Assembly: GCA_001179505.1 (NCBI GenBank)
Contig: CDMY01000542.1
Span: forward strand, 62,001-126,000
Direction of reading: 5' to 3'
Length of the DNA: 64,000 bases
DNA from: Vitrella brassicaformis CCMP3155
Lineage: Eukaryota; Protista; Chromerida
Part shown: one piece after another, positions 1 to 13,294 of the stretch
Layout: each line of letters starts with the position of its first letter
Numbering within the stretch: position 1 is the stretch's first letter
Translations under genes and position numbers: made by a program
The notes under the pieces: generated by a model
Seen by the model: only the letters and a program-made list of their open reading frames with translations
Databases searched by the model: none
Told to the model about the DNA's origin: nothing

Positions 1-3000
1 TCTTGTTCCTTGATGAGCACGAGCAGCCGTAACTCCTGCCACCTGCTCTTGGTGTGTGCCCCGCTGATGAGGTTGCGCTTCTCGGCCTCACCCTCGATCT
101 TCACCGCATACGGCACACCGCCCTCTGCATCACACAGCGAGCCACACACACACACAAACACACAGCACAGGCCTTCCTCTGGGTGGGTGAGCGCCTGCCT
201 GCCTGCCTGCGTGGGTACCTCCGGCCGTCTCGGTGTAGAATCCGACAAAGTCTAGGGGGTTCTTGTCCTTGCTGCCGTGGTGGATCTTGGACACTGGACA
301 ACACACAGAGGAGCCATCCATGGTGGTGGTGGTGTTTGCCCATGGACAAGTGTACGTACTGTCCACAACGATGTCAGAGGGACACACGCCCTGACAAAAG
401 GAGGGAGGGATGGAGAGAGGGAAGAAAGCCAGATGGCTGGCTGGCTGATGATCGAGGCGCTGGTTGTGTAGCTCACCCACCGCTCCTTTGGCAATGAGCT
501 CGTTGAGCTCGTCCACCCCCAAGTTCTCGCACAGCTGTATGTCTTCCTTTTTGTCGAATACGTACTCGGCTGCACCAGTAAAAAACGATGCCGATCTATC
601 TGCTTGGTGGCTCCCTCACTTACCGACAAATCGGTATATGTTGCGGCAATCGATGCGCCTGAAGAGCTCCTTGGCCCTGCTTGACCGAAACCAACCGTCA
701 GAAGTGCGCGTGTGTGTGTGTGCAGGGCAGGTGTTCAGCGGACCTCTGTATGCCCGGGTCGCAGAAGCTGTCCTGCCGCTGGCGGATGATCTGCGGACGG
801 ACATTGACGGCGCATACGGTCAGACAGCCTATATAGCGATGGCTGGGCTGTGGCGTGCTGTGTCTGTGTCCCGTGCGTGTCTGGTGTGTGTGCGTGAGTG
901 CGTACGTCATCGATATTGTCAGTCAGGTGAAGATAGCCCTCGCAGTCTTTCTCCTGCATCGGCATCAATCACATGACATCACTCACATCCGTCTATGCTT
1001 TTTTTGTGTGTGTGTGCTTGTGTGTCTGTGTGTGTCGCCCACCTCGATGATCCTTCTGAGGCCGAGGGCCTTGGACGCCTGAAAAAGGGCGTCAGTCTTC
1101 TGCACACACACACACACACACACATGGATGGGTGCATTGATGCGTGTATGTCTGTCTGTCTGTCTCTGTGTGTGTGGTTCGGCCACCCACCCACCATGGC
1201 CTCGAAGGCAAGGGTCTTCCTGTGCGTGTAGAGAATCTTGAACAGACGCTGACACACGCAGAACGAGAAAACAATGCCGTCCGTGTGGGGAAGAGAGCAG
1301 GTCGTCTGTCTGTCTGTCTGTCTGTGTGCGTACAAATCGTGTCTGGACGAGCTCGGCCACTGCCGGCACCTCCTTGCTGTTGTAGCAGATCTCGCCGTCA
1401 GGCATCACCGTGGCGAAACGCAGCAGACGGCCGGGGTTGTACCTTCACAGAGAGAGAGAGAGAGAGAGAACGAGTCACTGATGGACAGGGCGGCGTGATT
1501 CTTTTGCTGCTCTCACTCTCACTTTGGCAGGGAGTTGGGCGATGTGCTGGCGTCTCGTTGGAGGTAGTCCATCCTATAGACATGCAACACACCACACCAC
1601 ACCATACGCACGTACACACGTCCACGATCCGTTTGTGTGGGTGTGAGCTGAGCTGAGATGCCGTTCTCGAGCTGAGCGAGATGCCGTTCTCACTTGTCCG
1701 TGTCGAGGCCGTTCCTCTTGTTGTTGACGATGTCATACGCCGCCCGCTCGAGTGCAAAGATGGGGTGGTCGCCCACCACACGATGCTGGGTGGGGTCGAT
1801 ACTGAAGAAACCCACGGAGGCAGAGAAGGAAAGAGATCGCGGTGCGGTGGGTGCGTGAGAGTGTCTTTCGTCTGTGTCCCACTGACTGACCCTTCGATCA
1901 TCTCCTTGACAGTCGTGCGGCCATTGAGTGCATCAATCACCTCACCCGCCGTCGTGTTGTTGTCGATGAGGTACTCGAACAGCTTGAGCGACATGTCCTC
2001 GTGGCACCACTCCTTCAGCCCCAGGTGCCGATGCACAAAGGCGTGCTCGAACCTGCTAAATGGATGGATGGATGGAATGATGGATGGATCAGTGGTGTTG
2101 TCTGTTGTTCACGTACGTGTGCGAGTAGGGGCCATGGCCGAGGTCGTGACACACCCCTGCGATCTGCAGAAGCCGCACCAACCGCTGCACCTCCACATCA
2201 GTCACACTCACACCCGACTTCCTACACACACACACACACACAGGGAGAGAGATGAAGTGGCCACTCCTGATGTTTTCTTGTCCGCCCCACATGACTAGGT
2301 TCTCGAAGGCGATCTTGGACAGATACGCGACGCCCAGTGAGTGTTCGAATCGTGTGTGCACGGCCCCCGGATAGACCAAATGGCAGGCGCCGAGCTGCTT
2401 GAGGCGCCTCAGCCGCTGCACCTGCGGCGTGTCGATGAAACTGAACAACTCACGGTCGAAGGACATCGAATCGCTGCATGAAGGATACACACACACACAC
2501 ACACACACACATATCCATTCACACGCTTTCCCTCTCTCTTTCGCATCTGGTCGGCTCACTAGATGCGATCCGACACAATTCGGAACGTCTTGTCGCTCTG
2601 CCTGGGCGGTATGCTGCCCAGCAGGTCCGAGAAGCGACAGCGGTCCACCGGGTGGACGATGGCCGAGAGGCAGTCGTCCCTATCCTGCCGCGACTGCGTC
2701 CGCAGCATGGCCTGCAGCTGCCGCGCGTCATCCAGAGTAAAGATGCCCTCACGACGATCGGGGAGGGACACCTGCATGCACCCACATAGCCATCACACAT
2801 AAAGAGATGAGTGCATTCACATCTCTCTCTGCTTGGTTGCTTGCCTTCTGCAGCTGCTCTTCCAGGTGCAGCAGTCCATGCCGGCCGAGCCAATCAGCCA
2901 GGTCGCCCCTTTTCTGATCACGCGCCGCGTCCGTGGTAAGCAGCTTCTTCAGCAGCTGCGTATCGCCTTCGTCGATCTTGCAGAAGTTCTTGCAGAGGCT

Positions 3001-3363
3001 CTCCAGCTGTGAGGGCGTCTCCGCCAGGCGGACCAGCGTGTGTAGCTCGTGAACGCCGTTGTTCCTGAGCTGCTCCTCCAGGTGCTGCAGGTTCGACAGT
3101 CCTTGGCCGTGGGTGTGGAGGAAGTCATGGAGGGTCTGGGGCGCCCACTTCGGCCTCTTTGCTTTGTTGTCAGGGGTCTTGTAGCCCTCGGCTGCTGCTT
3201 CCGCTTCTTCCGCATCCCTCTTTCTGTTGGCCTCTCCTGTGGTGCTGCTGTCCATCAACTCAGCTTTTTTGAGATCTGGTGCAGAGGGCTTCAACACACG
3301 GCCGTTGGGATCTTGAGAAGCCCTCTTTGCGCACCCGCAGCATCTGGAACATCTGCAGCCCAT
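1..3363 (-). CDS. SAMHD1-like HD-domain dNTP triphosphohydrolase, copy A, with two N-terminal SAM-like modules; multi-exon, 3' end runs off the window
   Basis: Exons encode [58 protein letters not shown] and [11 protein letters not shown]|MDYLQRD (HD-family motifs). Start is either MGCRCSRCC (3363) or MDSSTT (3255). Confidence 0.85.
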
Positions 3364-3541
3364 TTCGATCATACGTCGATCATGGCCTCGCCGCCATTTT
3401 GCTTTCACCAGGACCTTTTGCACCCTTCGGTTGACCAACAGCATCGCCCCAATAAACAATGCACAAGAGTACTGTCATCTGCAATGTCAGATCTACCAAA
3501 CATCCCTCTCCCTGCCTCCCTGCCTGGCTGGCAGCATACAT

Positions 3542-4773
3542 CTACATGGGTTCAGGCTGTCTGTACACGAACTCCTTCACATAGCCCTCCCCACCACAGT
3601 TGGCCGAACACGTGTACACCGCCAGTATACCCCACTCCAGCTTATCCAGCTTCAGCAGGTGGATCAGCTCAGGCTGCACCTGGAACTCAAACACACGGGG
3701 CGACCCGCACGTGTCGCAGTCGGGCGGGCCGTCCTCCAGCTGCTGGGCCGAGGCGAACCACAGAGGGGCGCCCTCGTATGCGTAACGGAGAACGTGGCCG
3801 GGGTTGGTGCGGACCCGCTTGAGGAAGGTTTGGAAGGTGTCGTCGTTTCTGCATGAGGGCGGGGCGAACTCCTCGAAGAACTGCTGCTCGGACTCGTCGA
3901 GGGTCGCATCTGGCACACACGCACACATATGCACATACACATACGCAGGTGGACACGTACACTATTGTCTGTGATGATCCCACCCCATGCTTGGTGCTCA
4001 CCAGGGTTGTCCTTGGCGACTTCGTCGTATCGCCGTTTGAGCTCCATCTCGTGGGAGTAGTCTCCCTGATCGAGCGAGCGAACAATCAACACAGAAAACG
4101 GCCTCTCCATCCTTCATCAATCAAATGACCCAACCCCTAACGTGGTGATCTGCTCATGTCATCCCCTCACCTGTTTATCAGCATCCTCCTCGCCCTCTTC
4201 GTCCACCTCCAGCTCATACTCTTCGAACACGCCCACCAGCATGCCATCCTCAGACACACGACGGCACCGACGATGCCCGCGGGGTATCAACGCCGCCTTA
4301 TCATCACCCCTCCGGCCCTCCTTCGCAGCTGGCGATGTGTCAGGCGAAGAACCGGCTTCACCGTCCCCCTTCGGCAGCCCGCATACGGGACACAGCAGGC
4401 TTTTGAACTCATCCTCCTCCTCATCACCGACACCCGACACGTTGTCGGTGTCCGGCGGCTCGAATGGGTAGAATGCGTTGTCCCGCGGCAGCTGGTTGCG
4501 CATCGCCACGAACTGGTTGCCGCACGGCTGACAGCCGAAGAGGAAGATGGTCCGGTGGAAGCAGCTTGACGCATCGAGGCTGGCGTAGACTTGCAGGATG
4601 AAGGTCATGGGTGTGCGGCATCTCGGGCACTGGAGGTCGCTGAGTGGTGGGAGGTGTTGCGGGTTGAGCCATGCAGGCTGGCCACCCACTTTGGATGGGA
4701 AGAAGCGGCGGTGCAGGAGGGCGGGGTTAGATGGCTTCTCCGGGTAGCCGAGAAGTATCTGATCCGCGTTCAT
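3542..4773 (-). CDS. PDCD2: PDCD2/Tsr4-family protein (uS5 chaperone), multi-exon
   Basis: SKVGGQPAWL..CPRC..PMTFILQVYA..FHRTIFLFGC at the N-terminus; PLW..CDTCGSPRVFEFQVQPEL..EWGILAVYTCSANC..YVKEFVYRQ at the C-terminus. Confidence 0.85.
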
Positions 4774-4940
4774 CACGCCGAGAGAGATGACAATATCGTT
4801 GTTGATCAAGAAGGACGCGTTGTTTGCTTCACCACTGAGAGTAGCAGCACCCTAGGCGCCTTCTCGTGCGAGCTGCAAACCATCGCTATCAAGCTCGCAA
4901 ACGTCGTCTGCGTTCTGTCGTTCCCTGCCTTGTTTCCGTC

Positions 4941-5144
4941 ATGTCAGGGCGTGGGCGCGGCAGTCGGGGTCGCGGGAAGCCACGCGGCCGAGGGAGAGGG
5001 CGAGGCGGTTCATCTGCGGAAGACATCATGGCACGCAACCGGGAGATGGACTGGGACGAAAGTGAGGAAAGCAGATGCAATCACTGAGGACAAGACACAC
5101 GATGCATCATCCAGCCTTTGGTTTGGCTGTGGTTGTGGTTGTGG

Positions 5145-5175
<31 letters not shown>

Positions 5176-6108
5176 CCAGTTCGCGAGCAGCGTGAGGAGG
5201 TGAAGGCCAAGAAGGCCAAGGAGCTGCTGGGCGAAGGCGACGAGGAGGAGGAAGACGACCTCGAATTCGACCAAGAGGCAGAAGAGGAGGAACAGGTGGG
5301 AGATGCACACACCCGCCGACAGGCAGGCAGACACATGCCTGCACATGCCTGCCTGCATGTGTGTGTGTCTGGTTGTTGTTGTGTCCACACAGGAGGAGGT
5401 CAAGGAGAAAGAAAAGAAGGTACGCATTATATGCCATGGCCCTCGCTCATCAATGCACTCATCACTGGTCGTCCTACCGTCTTGGCTTTGGTCCCCAGAA
5501 CGCCGTAGGCGAGCTGATTGACGTCGAGAACCCCAACCGTTCGAAGCGCATTGAGGAAAAGGCCGGTGTGGAGCTGACGAGAAAACAGAAGGAGGAGCTC
5601 GAGAAACAGAAAAAGAAGGCCGCATATGAGGTGACCACACAGACACACACACACACACACACACCAGCACCAGCACCAGAGTCACGTGCAGATCGACCTA
5701 TATGGACACACCTCTTGTCGCGTGTTTGTCATTTTGCGTTCAGAAAGCCCACCGTGAGGGCAAGACCGTCGAGGCGCAGGCAGACCTCGCCAGGTGAGCC
5801 AGAGCAGAAGAGCAGCAAATGTGGGTGCCATCAGTGAGGACTCCACTGTGTGTGTGTGTGTGTGTGTGTATGTGACAAAGGCTGGAGGAGGTGAAGCGTC
5901 GCCGCGAGGAGGCCAAGAAGAAGAGGGAGGACGATGCCAAACAAAAGGAAGACACCAAGTCAGTCTCACGCACACATACACGATGGATAGATGGATGGAT
6001 GGATGGAACCAGTTTCTGCCTTACGCAGCAAGCCATGCATGTGTGTGGGCTGATGGGTGTTTCAGGATGAACACGCGGATGGCGCAGCTGAACCTCGGCA
6101 AGCGGTAG
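4941..6108 (+). CDS. PDAP1: PDAP1 / 28 kDa heat- and acid-stable phosphoprotein-like, multi-exon
   Basis: RG-rich start, LIDVENPNR, ELTRKQKEELEKQKKKAAYE|KAHREGKTVEAQADLAR|LEEVKRRREEA, ending RMAQLNLGKR*. Confidence 0.8.
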
Positions 6109-6487
6109 ACCCGGCCCCCCACCCCCCCACTGCAGATGCGGCCGTCCATCCGTGGCAGCTCCGTGATGGCTGTGCGTTGTGGGCCAATCGACTGACCGTT
6201 TTCCTTTGTTTCGTTCGTGGCCGTGATGCGATCAATTTTCGTGTCTTGTCTGTCTGTGTTGATGCGTTGTCGTTCCCCTTGACGGCCCCCCCTATGTGTG
6301 TTTTTGGAGAACGTGACCTTGCCCTCTGACTATGTGACATCTTTGTTCCGTGTTCAATCTACCCACACTATCCATCTGTCCGTCCAAGGGTCTCACCGTC
6401 CATCCATCCATCCATCAGGCAGGACACACGGAAAAAACGCTCACAGCATAGCACACAAAGCCAACCATCCATCCAACCATCCATGAG

Positions 6488-7312
6488 TCAAGAGTCCACA
6501 TCCATCTTGCCCTTCCTGTTCTTGCGTTTCTGCCGCATCTTCTCCCGCATCTTTTGGTGCTTGTCCTGCTTGCCGCCCTCCTTCCTCACACGATCCTTCT
6601 CAACCCCCTCCATCTCCACCCCCTCCATCCTCCCTTGCCCCTCTCCCCTCCTCTGCAGCTTCGCCTGCCTCCTGGCGGCCCTCTCTCTCTCCCTCTTCTC
6701 CTCCTCCTGCTTTTGCCGCTTGAGGGTGTTCTTGATGTGCTGCTCGAGGGCGCCGTAGGGGTCGGCCTGGAAGGGCGGGAAGCTCCGCACCCGCTCGTAG
6801 TGCCGTATCTCCTGCTCAACCATGGCCTGCCAGTCCTTCTGCCGCGCCCCTTTCCTCCGGCTTCGCTTCTTGCTGTCCTCTGGCGCCTCCTCAGCGCGCC
6901 TCTCTATCTCCGCCAGGTCGGCCTCGAGGTCGCCCATGGTCCCCAGAGGGCCGCCGTCAGCGGCGCCGAACTCATGCTCAGTCTCCTTCTGCTGGCGAAT
7001 GAACTCGGCAAAGTCGAACTTCTGCAGCCACTTCTCCTTTTTCTTCTGACGCTTGCGTTGACCGCGGCTGAGTCTGGGTGCGGGAGCTGTCCGCTCAACG
7101 ACATCTCCTACTATCGGTGGTCCGTTCAGCTCTGTTGGAGCCGCCGCCGCCGCCGCAGCGGCAGCAGCAGAAGGTTGGCTCGAGGCGGCAAGGTAGCGTC
7201 CACGAGGCGGCGTGAGGTTCTCCTCCTCGTCTTCATCTCCTTGTGGATGATGCGATGAAGGCCGAGGTGCCAGGTCGTGGAACCGGGTGCGCTTTTTCTT
7301 CACCTTCGGCAT
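6488..7312 (-). CDS. SLX9: SLX9/FAM207A-like 40S ribosome biogenesis protein, single exon
   Basis: Basic MPKVKKKR start, RGQRKRQKKKEKWLQK, and family motif EIRHYERVRSFPPFQADPYGALEQHIKNTL. Confidence 0.7.
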   Translation of the reverse strand: MPKVKKKRTRFHDLAPRPSSHHPQGDEDEEENLTPPRGRYLAASSQPSAAAAAAAAAAPTELNGPPIVGDVVERTAPAPRLSRGQRKRQKKKEKWLQKFDFAEFIRQQKETEHEFGAADGGPLGTMGDLEADLAEIERRAEEAPEDSKKRSRRKGARQKDWQAMVEQEIRHYERVRSFPPFQADPYGALEQHIKNTLKRQKQEEEKRERERAARRQAKLQRRGEGQGRMEGVEMEGVEKDRVRKEGGKQDKHQKMREKMRQKRKNRKGKMDVDS

Positions 7313-7556
7313 GTGATATATGCTCTGGGACGAGTTCAAGAATATCTGCCTCGCCGTCTTAGCTCGCCCTCGCCCCCCTCCCGCCCCCGTCTTTTTTCCC
7401 TTCGCACACACTTGCCGACACACAGACGCCTTTATTGTATCGCACCGCATCGCAGAACGGCAAGACCGACGAGCAGCCTGTCTGCACTGATTTTACTCAC
7501 TTCCTACTGCCTTCATCATTGGTGCGTTTGCAGGTGCCGTCCAGTGCAGCAGAGGG

Positions 7557-9546
7557 ATGAGGGAGGGCAAGGAAGAGGCCAGCGTCCGCTGCTGTGAGCT
7601 GCAGAAGGCGCTGGATGCCGAGAGGGAGCGGTGCCGCATACTCACCATGACCCTGGTACTTACGTTGGCAAGGGGAGAAGGTCCACCAAGAGTGGGTGGG
7701 CGGAATGGATGGTGTGTTTGCGTGTCCATCAGAGGGAGAAGGAACTGAAGCACATGAACGAGTTCAGCATGCTCACACACCAAAACATGGTCAGTCAGCT
7801 CGCCGACGGCCTGCCCGCCAATCAATCAGTAGACTCATGGCTCTCTGTCTGCTGCAGATCTTCCGCATGAAGCTCAAACTGGCCAACATCAGCGCCTTCG
7901 AGGCCCAGCCAGAAGCCGACACGCACATCTGCCCCCCACACCTCTCAGAGAAGATCCCAGCGGCCCTCAACGCACCTTCAGCACGCACACGCCTCATATC
8001 CATGGCCACTAGCGACACCGACGCTCAAGGAGGAGCGGACACAGACGAGGAGGGCAGCCCCATCCACGCGTGGCTGCGAGAATACGATGAGTGGGACCGG
8101 CGAGGCAAGAGCATGCCTGTGTGGCTGGCCGAGGAGGCCGACAGGGTGTGCTCAGACATGAAGCACTGGGCTGTTGAGTATGTCCTGGGGTGCCTTGATG
8201 GTCAGGGGCCGGGGGTGGCCAGTGAGGTGGGAAGGCAGGGGAAGGAGGCCGGGGATGCTGGAGTCAAGAACGCCGGCAGCAGCAGCAGCGGCAGCTACAG
8301 TGGCAGCAGTGGCAGCAGCAGCAACAGTATACAGGACATCAAAGAGGTCGCAGCCAAGGAAAAGGAACACCGCCTCAGCCAAATCAGGTCCAACAGACAC
8401 GAAGATACGTACACCAACACAGCCTCTGTCGGCAACACGGGTGTATGTGTGTGTTGTTGCAGGCAATTGGATGACACCATCGAGGAGCTCAAGCGCGGCA
8501 AGGACCACCTTTTGCAGCAGCTGCACGTGACCACCGACAGGATCGACAGATCCGCGCCGGCATCCCGCCCGCCCTTCACAAAAAACAGCAAAAACAACGG
8601 CAACAAGCGATCGCACTCACAGACAGATGAGGAGAGAGAAGAAAGCGGCCTAGGCGGATCCACTTCCAAGATCGAGCTCAACGCGACTACGAAGATGCCC
8701 ATGCGGCTGCCGTCCTATGCTGCCCACGACCTCTGCCGCCCGGTGTCTCCGATGATGCGTCCTTACGGCTTGTCGGCTGTGCGCATCCACCCGCCTCCTG
8801 CCGCCGGCCCGGCCAGCCACCGATCTGTCACACCCGCCCCCTCACATCCCTCCATGCATCAGCTCATGATAGGGCACCACCACCACCGCCACCCAACGCC
8901 ACAAATGGGTCTGGGATCGCCGCCCGTCAGCATGCATCACGCCACTCTCAACAAGAGCATCAACAGCATCGCGTGGAACACCGCCGGCAGCAGCAACAGC
9001 GGCAAGGCCCCGCAGCACATGAGCCACAGCATGCAGCTGGGCCCCACGCCGTCGTGCAGCAGGCTGCGGGCCATCAGCCCCACACCAGCACCAGTGCACC
9101 CACCAGCAGGCATCACCAGCCACCCCAACATACTGCTGACCGATTTCTACCCGTGGGTGACGGCGAAACACCCCTTCCCACAGATGGACATGATCCAGCC
9201 GCCATCGCACGAGCCGCAAACACAGCCACAGCCGCCTCCACCCCAGCAGCCGCCTCCTGCTGCTGTTGTCGTCGTTGGTGCTGCTAAGGTGAAGAGGGAG
9301 TCGACTCGGCCGTCGGCGGGCAGCGGGGCGAGCAAGAAGGCTCCAGCGGCCAAGAGGGAGGCGGGGGGGACGGCCCCCTCATCTGTGAACACATCCATCA
9401 AGTCAGGGGGGGCAACACGAGACGAGACACACACAAACGACACGCTGCTGTGGTGCATGTGTGTGTGTGTGTGTGTGTGTAGGTCCAGTAAGATTCGCAT
9501 GGGGACCAAGGCGCAGCTCCAGCGGCCGTGGAAACAGAATTTCTGA
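7557..9546 (+). CDS. Hypothetical protein: N-terminal coiled coil followed by Pro/Ser/His-rich disordered region
   Basis: Long ORF 7696-9546 with coding-like composition, plus short upstream coiled-coil exons (ELQKALDAERERCR; EKELKHMNEF) bounded by GT-AG introns. Start uncertain. Confidence 0.55.
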
Positions 9547-9909
9547 TGGATCGATGGCTGCGTGAGAATGGGTATCGGCTGATTGACGGCTCTCGGTCTA
9601 GAGGCGCTGTGCTTTGCCGAGTCGCTTTGTGTAGACAACAAACGTACACATACGCCGCATAGACCAATGAGTGTTGGGTTACGCATACGAGGGATCGTCT
9701 CTATAATCTAGCTGACGTACACACACTCACACTAGCTACACAATTATGGGGCGACGTACACCCACCCAACATTAACCACAGGAGCTACCTAGCAAATGAC
9801 CTAGCAACTCGACTCGGCCCGCAACGCCACGCCACTCACACCCGCGCCCCTCCTAGCTGCTTCCCAGTGTGTGTCTTGTCCATCACTGTCTCTCTATGGC
9901 ACAGTGAGC

Positions 9910-12900
9910 TCACACAGTGGGCCTGTTCTGCTGTGGCCGCGAGGGAGAGGAGGGGAGGCTTCTCTCTGTGAACTGGCCCTCGTGCTGAAGACATACGCCA
10001 CACACACACACCAATGTGCATGGCTTCGCTGGTGCGTTTGTGTGTCGGCTCACGACTGGGTGAGGGCATCCGAACTTTTCATTCAAGATCTGGGTGAATG
10101 CCCCTTGCACCTTCAAGAACTGACACTCAAACAGCACAGCACAGCACGCCAGATATAAGAATCAACATCACTACAGTCCTGCTCGCTTCTTTGTACTTTG
10201 GTTGGGTGTGGGTCTTTCAGCAAAACGACAATGCGGATCTCCTGCCAGCATCGGGGGTGACATCCTGACACCCACACACACTCACACATGGTACACATGC
10301 TACCGACCAACCATCCCCCATATGATGTGTCACAAGTCAGCCTGTCCGTGAGTGGGTACCTACCGCTGTGCAAGACGGGCGAGCTGGGTGAGTCGGCCTG
10401 GATTTTCTTCGGCCCTTTCTCTCCGTGCTTGTAGAAACCCACGTTGTGCAGGGGGTTCCTCTCGCCAGTGCCGTGGTGCAGCTCGCGAACTGTTGTGACA
10501 TGCACACATACACGCACACACCACACACACACACACCATGTGTGCATGGTGGTAGAGCGATTGGACGACGTGTTTCGCTGCCCACCGTCGACGATAATGT
10601 CGTCCTTTGAGACTTGAGCCCCCTGCGATCCGTCGAGGTGGGTGTGCTGGCGGGAGTTGGCGATGCGAGATATATTGTCCTCGTTCATGTGCTTCTCAAC
10701 CTCATCTATCGGCTTGTCGATGAAGTGCTCACCTTGCACATCAACACACAGCACAGGTGAGTGAGTTGCAGGCATATGCTGGCTGGCTGTGTGTCAGCGG
10801 GTGATTACCAACGACGCGATAGATGTCTCGCTGCTCCAGGCGGAGGAACAGGCTCTTGGCCCTGATTTAGAAAGCAGCAAGGATGGATGGCCTTCTCTGT
10901 GTCCGTGGTCCGACTGACTCTTGCAGGCCCGGGTCGTTCGTATCGTCGCTGCCACGAATCATCTGCAGGTACGCGCGCCCGCACATGCAAACAAGTACAT
11001 CGCCATGCTTTTCTGGCTCATGGTGTGTCCTCCTGTTGATGCACACGTACATCTTCAAGTGAGTCGGTGAGGTACAGGTAGCCCTCGCAGTTGCCGTCCT
11101 CGATGATCTCCCTGACGGTCATGCGCTTCCTCTCCCCCCCGCCCTTGGGCGTCACGATGAAGGAGATCGAGTCCTTGGCCGCGTTGATGGCGCCACAAAC
11201 CTGAAGGCATGAATAGATTTGATGTGTGGAGATGTGTGTACATCTATTGTGTGAGTTTCTGACCATGTGTTCCTGCGCGATGACCTTGCTGTGGGTGTAC
11301 ACCTGCGAAGGCAGGCAGGCAAGCAGTCAGCCAGGCAGGCAGAGGGCAGACACGAAGTCGCCGTTGCTGAGCCAGCCACCTCACTTGGTCACTGACCTTC
11401 TTGAACAGCGAGTATCTTGTCTGGTACAGCTCCACGACAGACTGCACCTCTTTGCTGGGATAGCATATCTCCCCATCTATCACCATCGCCTTGCTCAACA
11501 GACGATCCGGATTGTAGCTGGCACATACACGTACAGACAGAGCACACCACACATGGCTGAATGAATGGACACGTCCGCCTGTCTGGCTGCCTCACTCACC
11601 GTGGGAGCGTCCTTGGCGAGATGCTCGCATCGCGCTGCAGGTAGTCCATCCTGCATCCCATACAGCACAGACGTCTCGAAAGAGACAGTCATTCTGTGTG
11701 TCGGCGATGAGAGGTCTACCGCTCATCGCCGACACACAGCCCCTACCTGTCTGTATCGAGGCCGTTGCGTTTGTTGGCGACGATGTCGTACGCTGCCCGC
11801 TCCAGCGCATCGATTGGGGCGCCACTCTTCACAAACGGCCGATCCTCTGGACGGGATCTGCACATCCACAGACATATCAGGCCCTGTATGCTGTGTTGCT
11901 TGCTGGCTCGACTCACCCTTGAATGAAGTCCTTGACCACCTGGCGGCCGTCGAGCGCATCGATCACCTCGGCAGCCTGATGATATCGACCTATGTGAGTG
12001 TGCCTCTCTTCTTCACGTCGCCGACTTACAAGCCACCTTTGGGTTGGTCGCGATCATGTCATCGAAGAGGGCAAGCGACATGTCCTCGTGACACCAATTC
12101 TCAACTGCACACATACACACACACAGCACCCAGAATGATGGGCGCCCTGTCTATACGTGTGTGTGTATGCTGCTCACGTCCAGGGAGCTTCCTCACAAGA
12201 CCAAACTCGAACGTGTGACTCATCGGGCCATGGCCGAGGTCGTGACACAGGCCAGCAATCTGCAGCAGACGGCTCAGACGTACCACACGCGGATCGCTCA
12301 ATGAAACTCCCGCTTTGCTGACAACGAAATACCACACAGGTGGATGGATAAACGACTGTTGCTTGCCTACACGGCGAGCAGCTCAAAGGCCTTCTTGGAC
12401 AGATACGCAACGCCCAGTGAGTGTTCGAATCGTGTGTGCACGGCCCCCGGGTAGACCAAATGGCATGCGCCGAGCTGCTTGAGGCGCCTCAGCCGCTGCA
12501 CCTGCGGCGTGTCGATGAAACTAAACAACTCACGGTCGAAGGACAATGAATCACTGAAGGAATCGACAAGCAGACCAAGCAAGGAGCGAACAAATGAGCG
12601 AATGAGTGAATGAGTGATTGCCTTCATTCATTCACTGTGACTGTGTGACTCACTAGATTCGGTCGCTGACGGTCCTGACTGTCTTGTCGGTGAGCTTTGG
12701 CGGCACCGAGTCGAGCAGATCCACCAGCTTGCAGAGGTCCACGGGGCTCTCCACCCAGTTGGCCAGGTGGTCCTCCTTCTCCCGCCGTGTCTTGGTGCTG
12801 AGCATGCTGCACAGCCGCTGCACGTCGTCAAGCGTCATCCGCTTTTTGTCCGGCATCTCAACCTCCTCTGTCTCGCCACTCTTGCGCAACGCCTGCATTC

Positions 12901-13294
12901 ACCCACGTCAATCAATGAAAATGAAAAACACAGGGCGACAGGAGTTTTCGTTCACTGCTTCCGTCGTTCGGACCGCTTCCAGGTTCCTTTTGATGTGAAT
13001 GAGCCCGTGATGACGCAGCCACCTGGCCAGGTCGGAGTCGCCCGCCGCGCCGCCCTCCGTGTGGCTCTTGATGGCGGCAAAGAGCGCCTCCTTGTCGGCT
13101 TGCGCCACCTGGCATCGCTGACACAGCCGATCCAGCTGGTTGGATGCTTCAGACAGGCGGATGAGCGTCCCTAATTCGCCAAGCCCAGCCTTGGCAAAGG
13201 GCTCCTGGAGATGCTGCAGGTTGGCTGAGGAAAGGAGGTCACCCAGGGTGTAGGTGGGCTGCTCCGCTTTGAGTCTCTTGGGTGGCCGCTCCAT
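9910..13294 (-). CDS. SAMHD1-like HD-domain dNTP triphosphohydrolase, copy B, multi-exon
   Basis: Same motifs as copy A: [34 protein letters not shown]|MDYLQRD. Starts MERPPKRLK. Confidence 0.85.

Noticed and set aside
1645-1691. Tandem ~23-bp duplication GAGCTGAGC(T)GAGATGCCGTTCTC
   Set aside because: An intronic slippage duplication with only two units and no sign of function.
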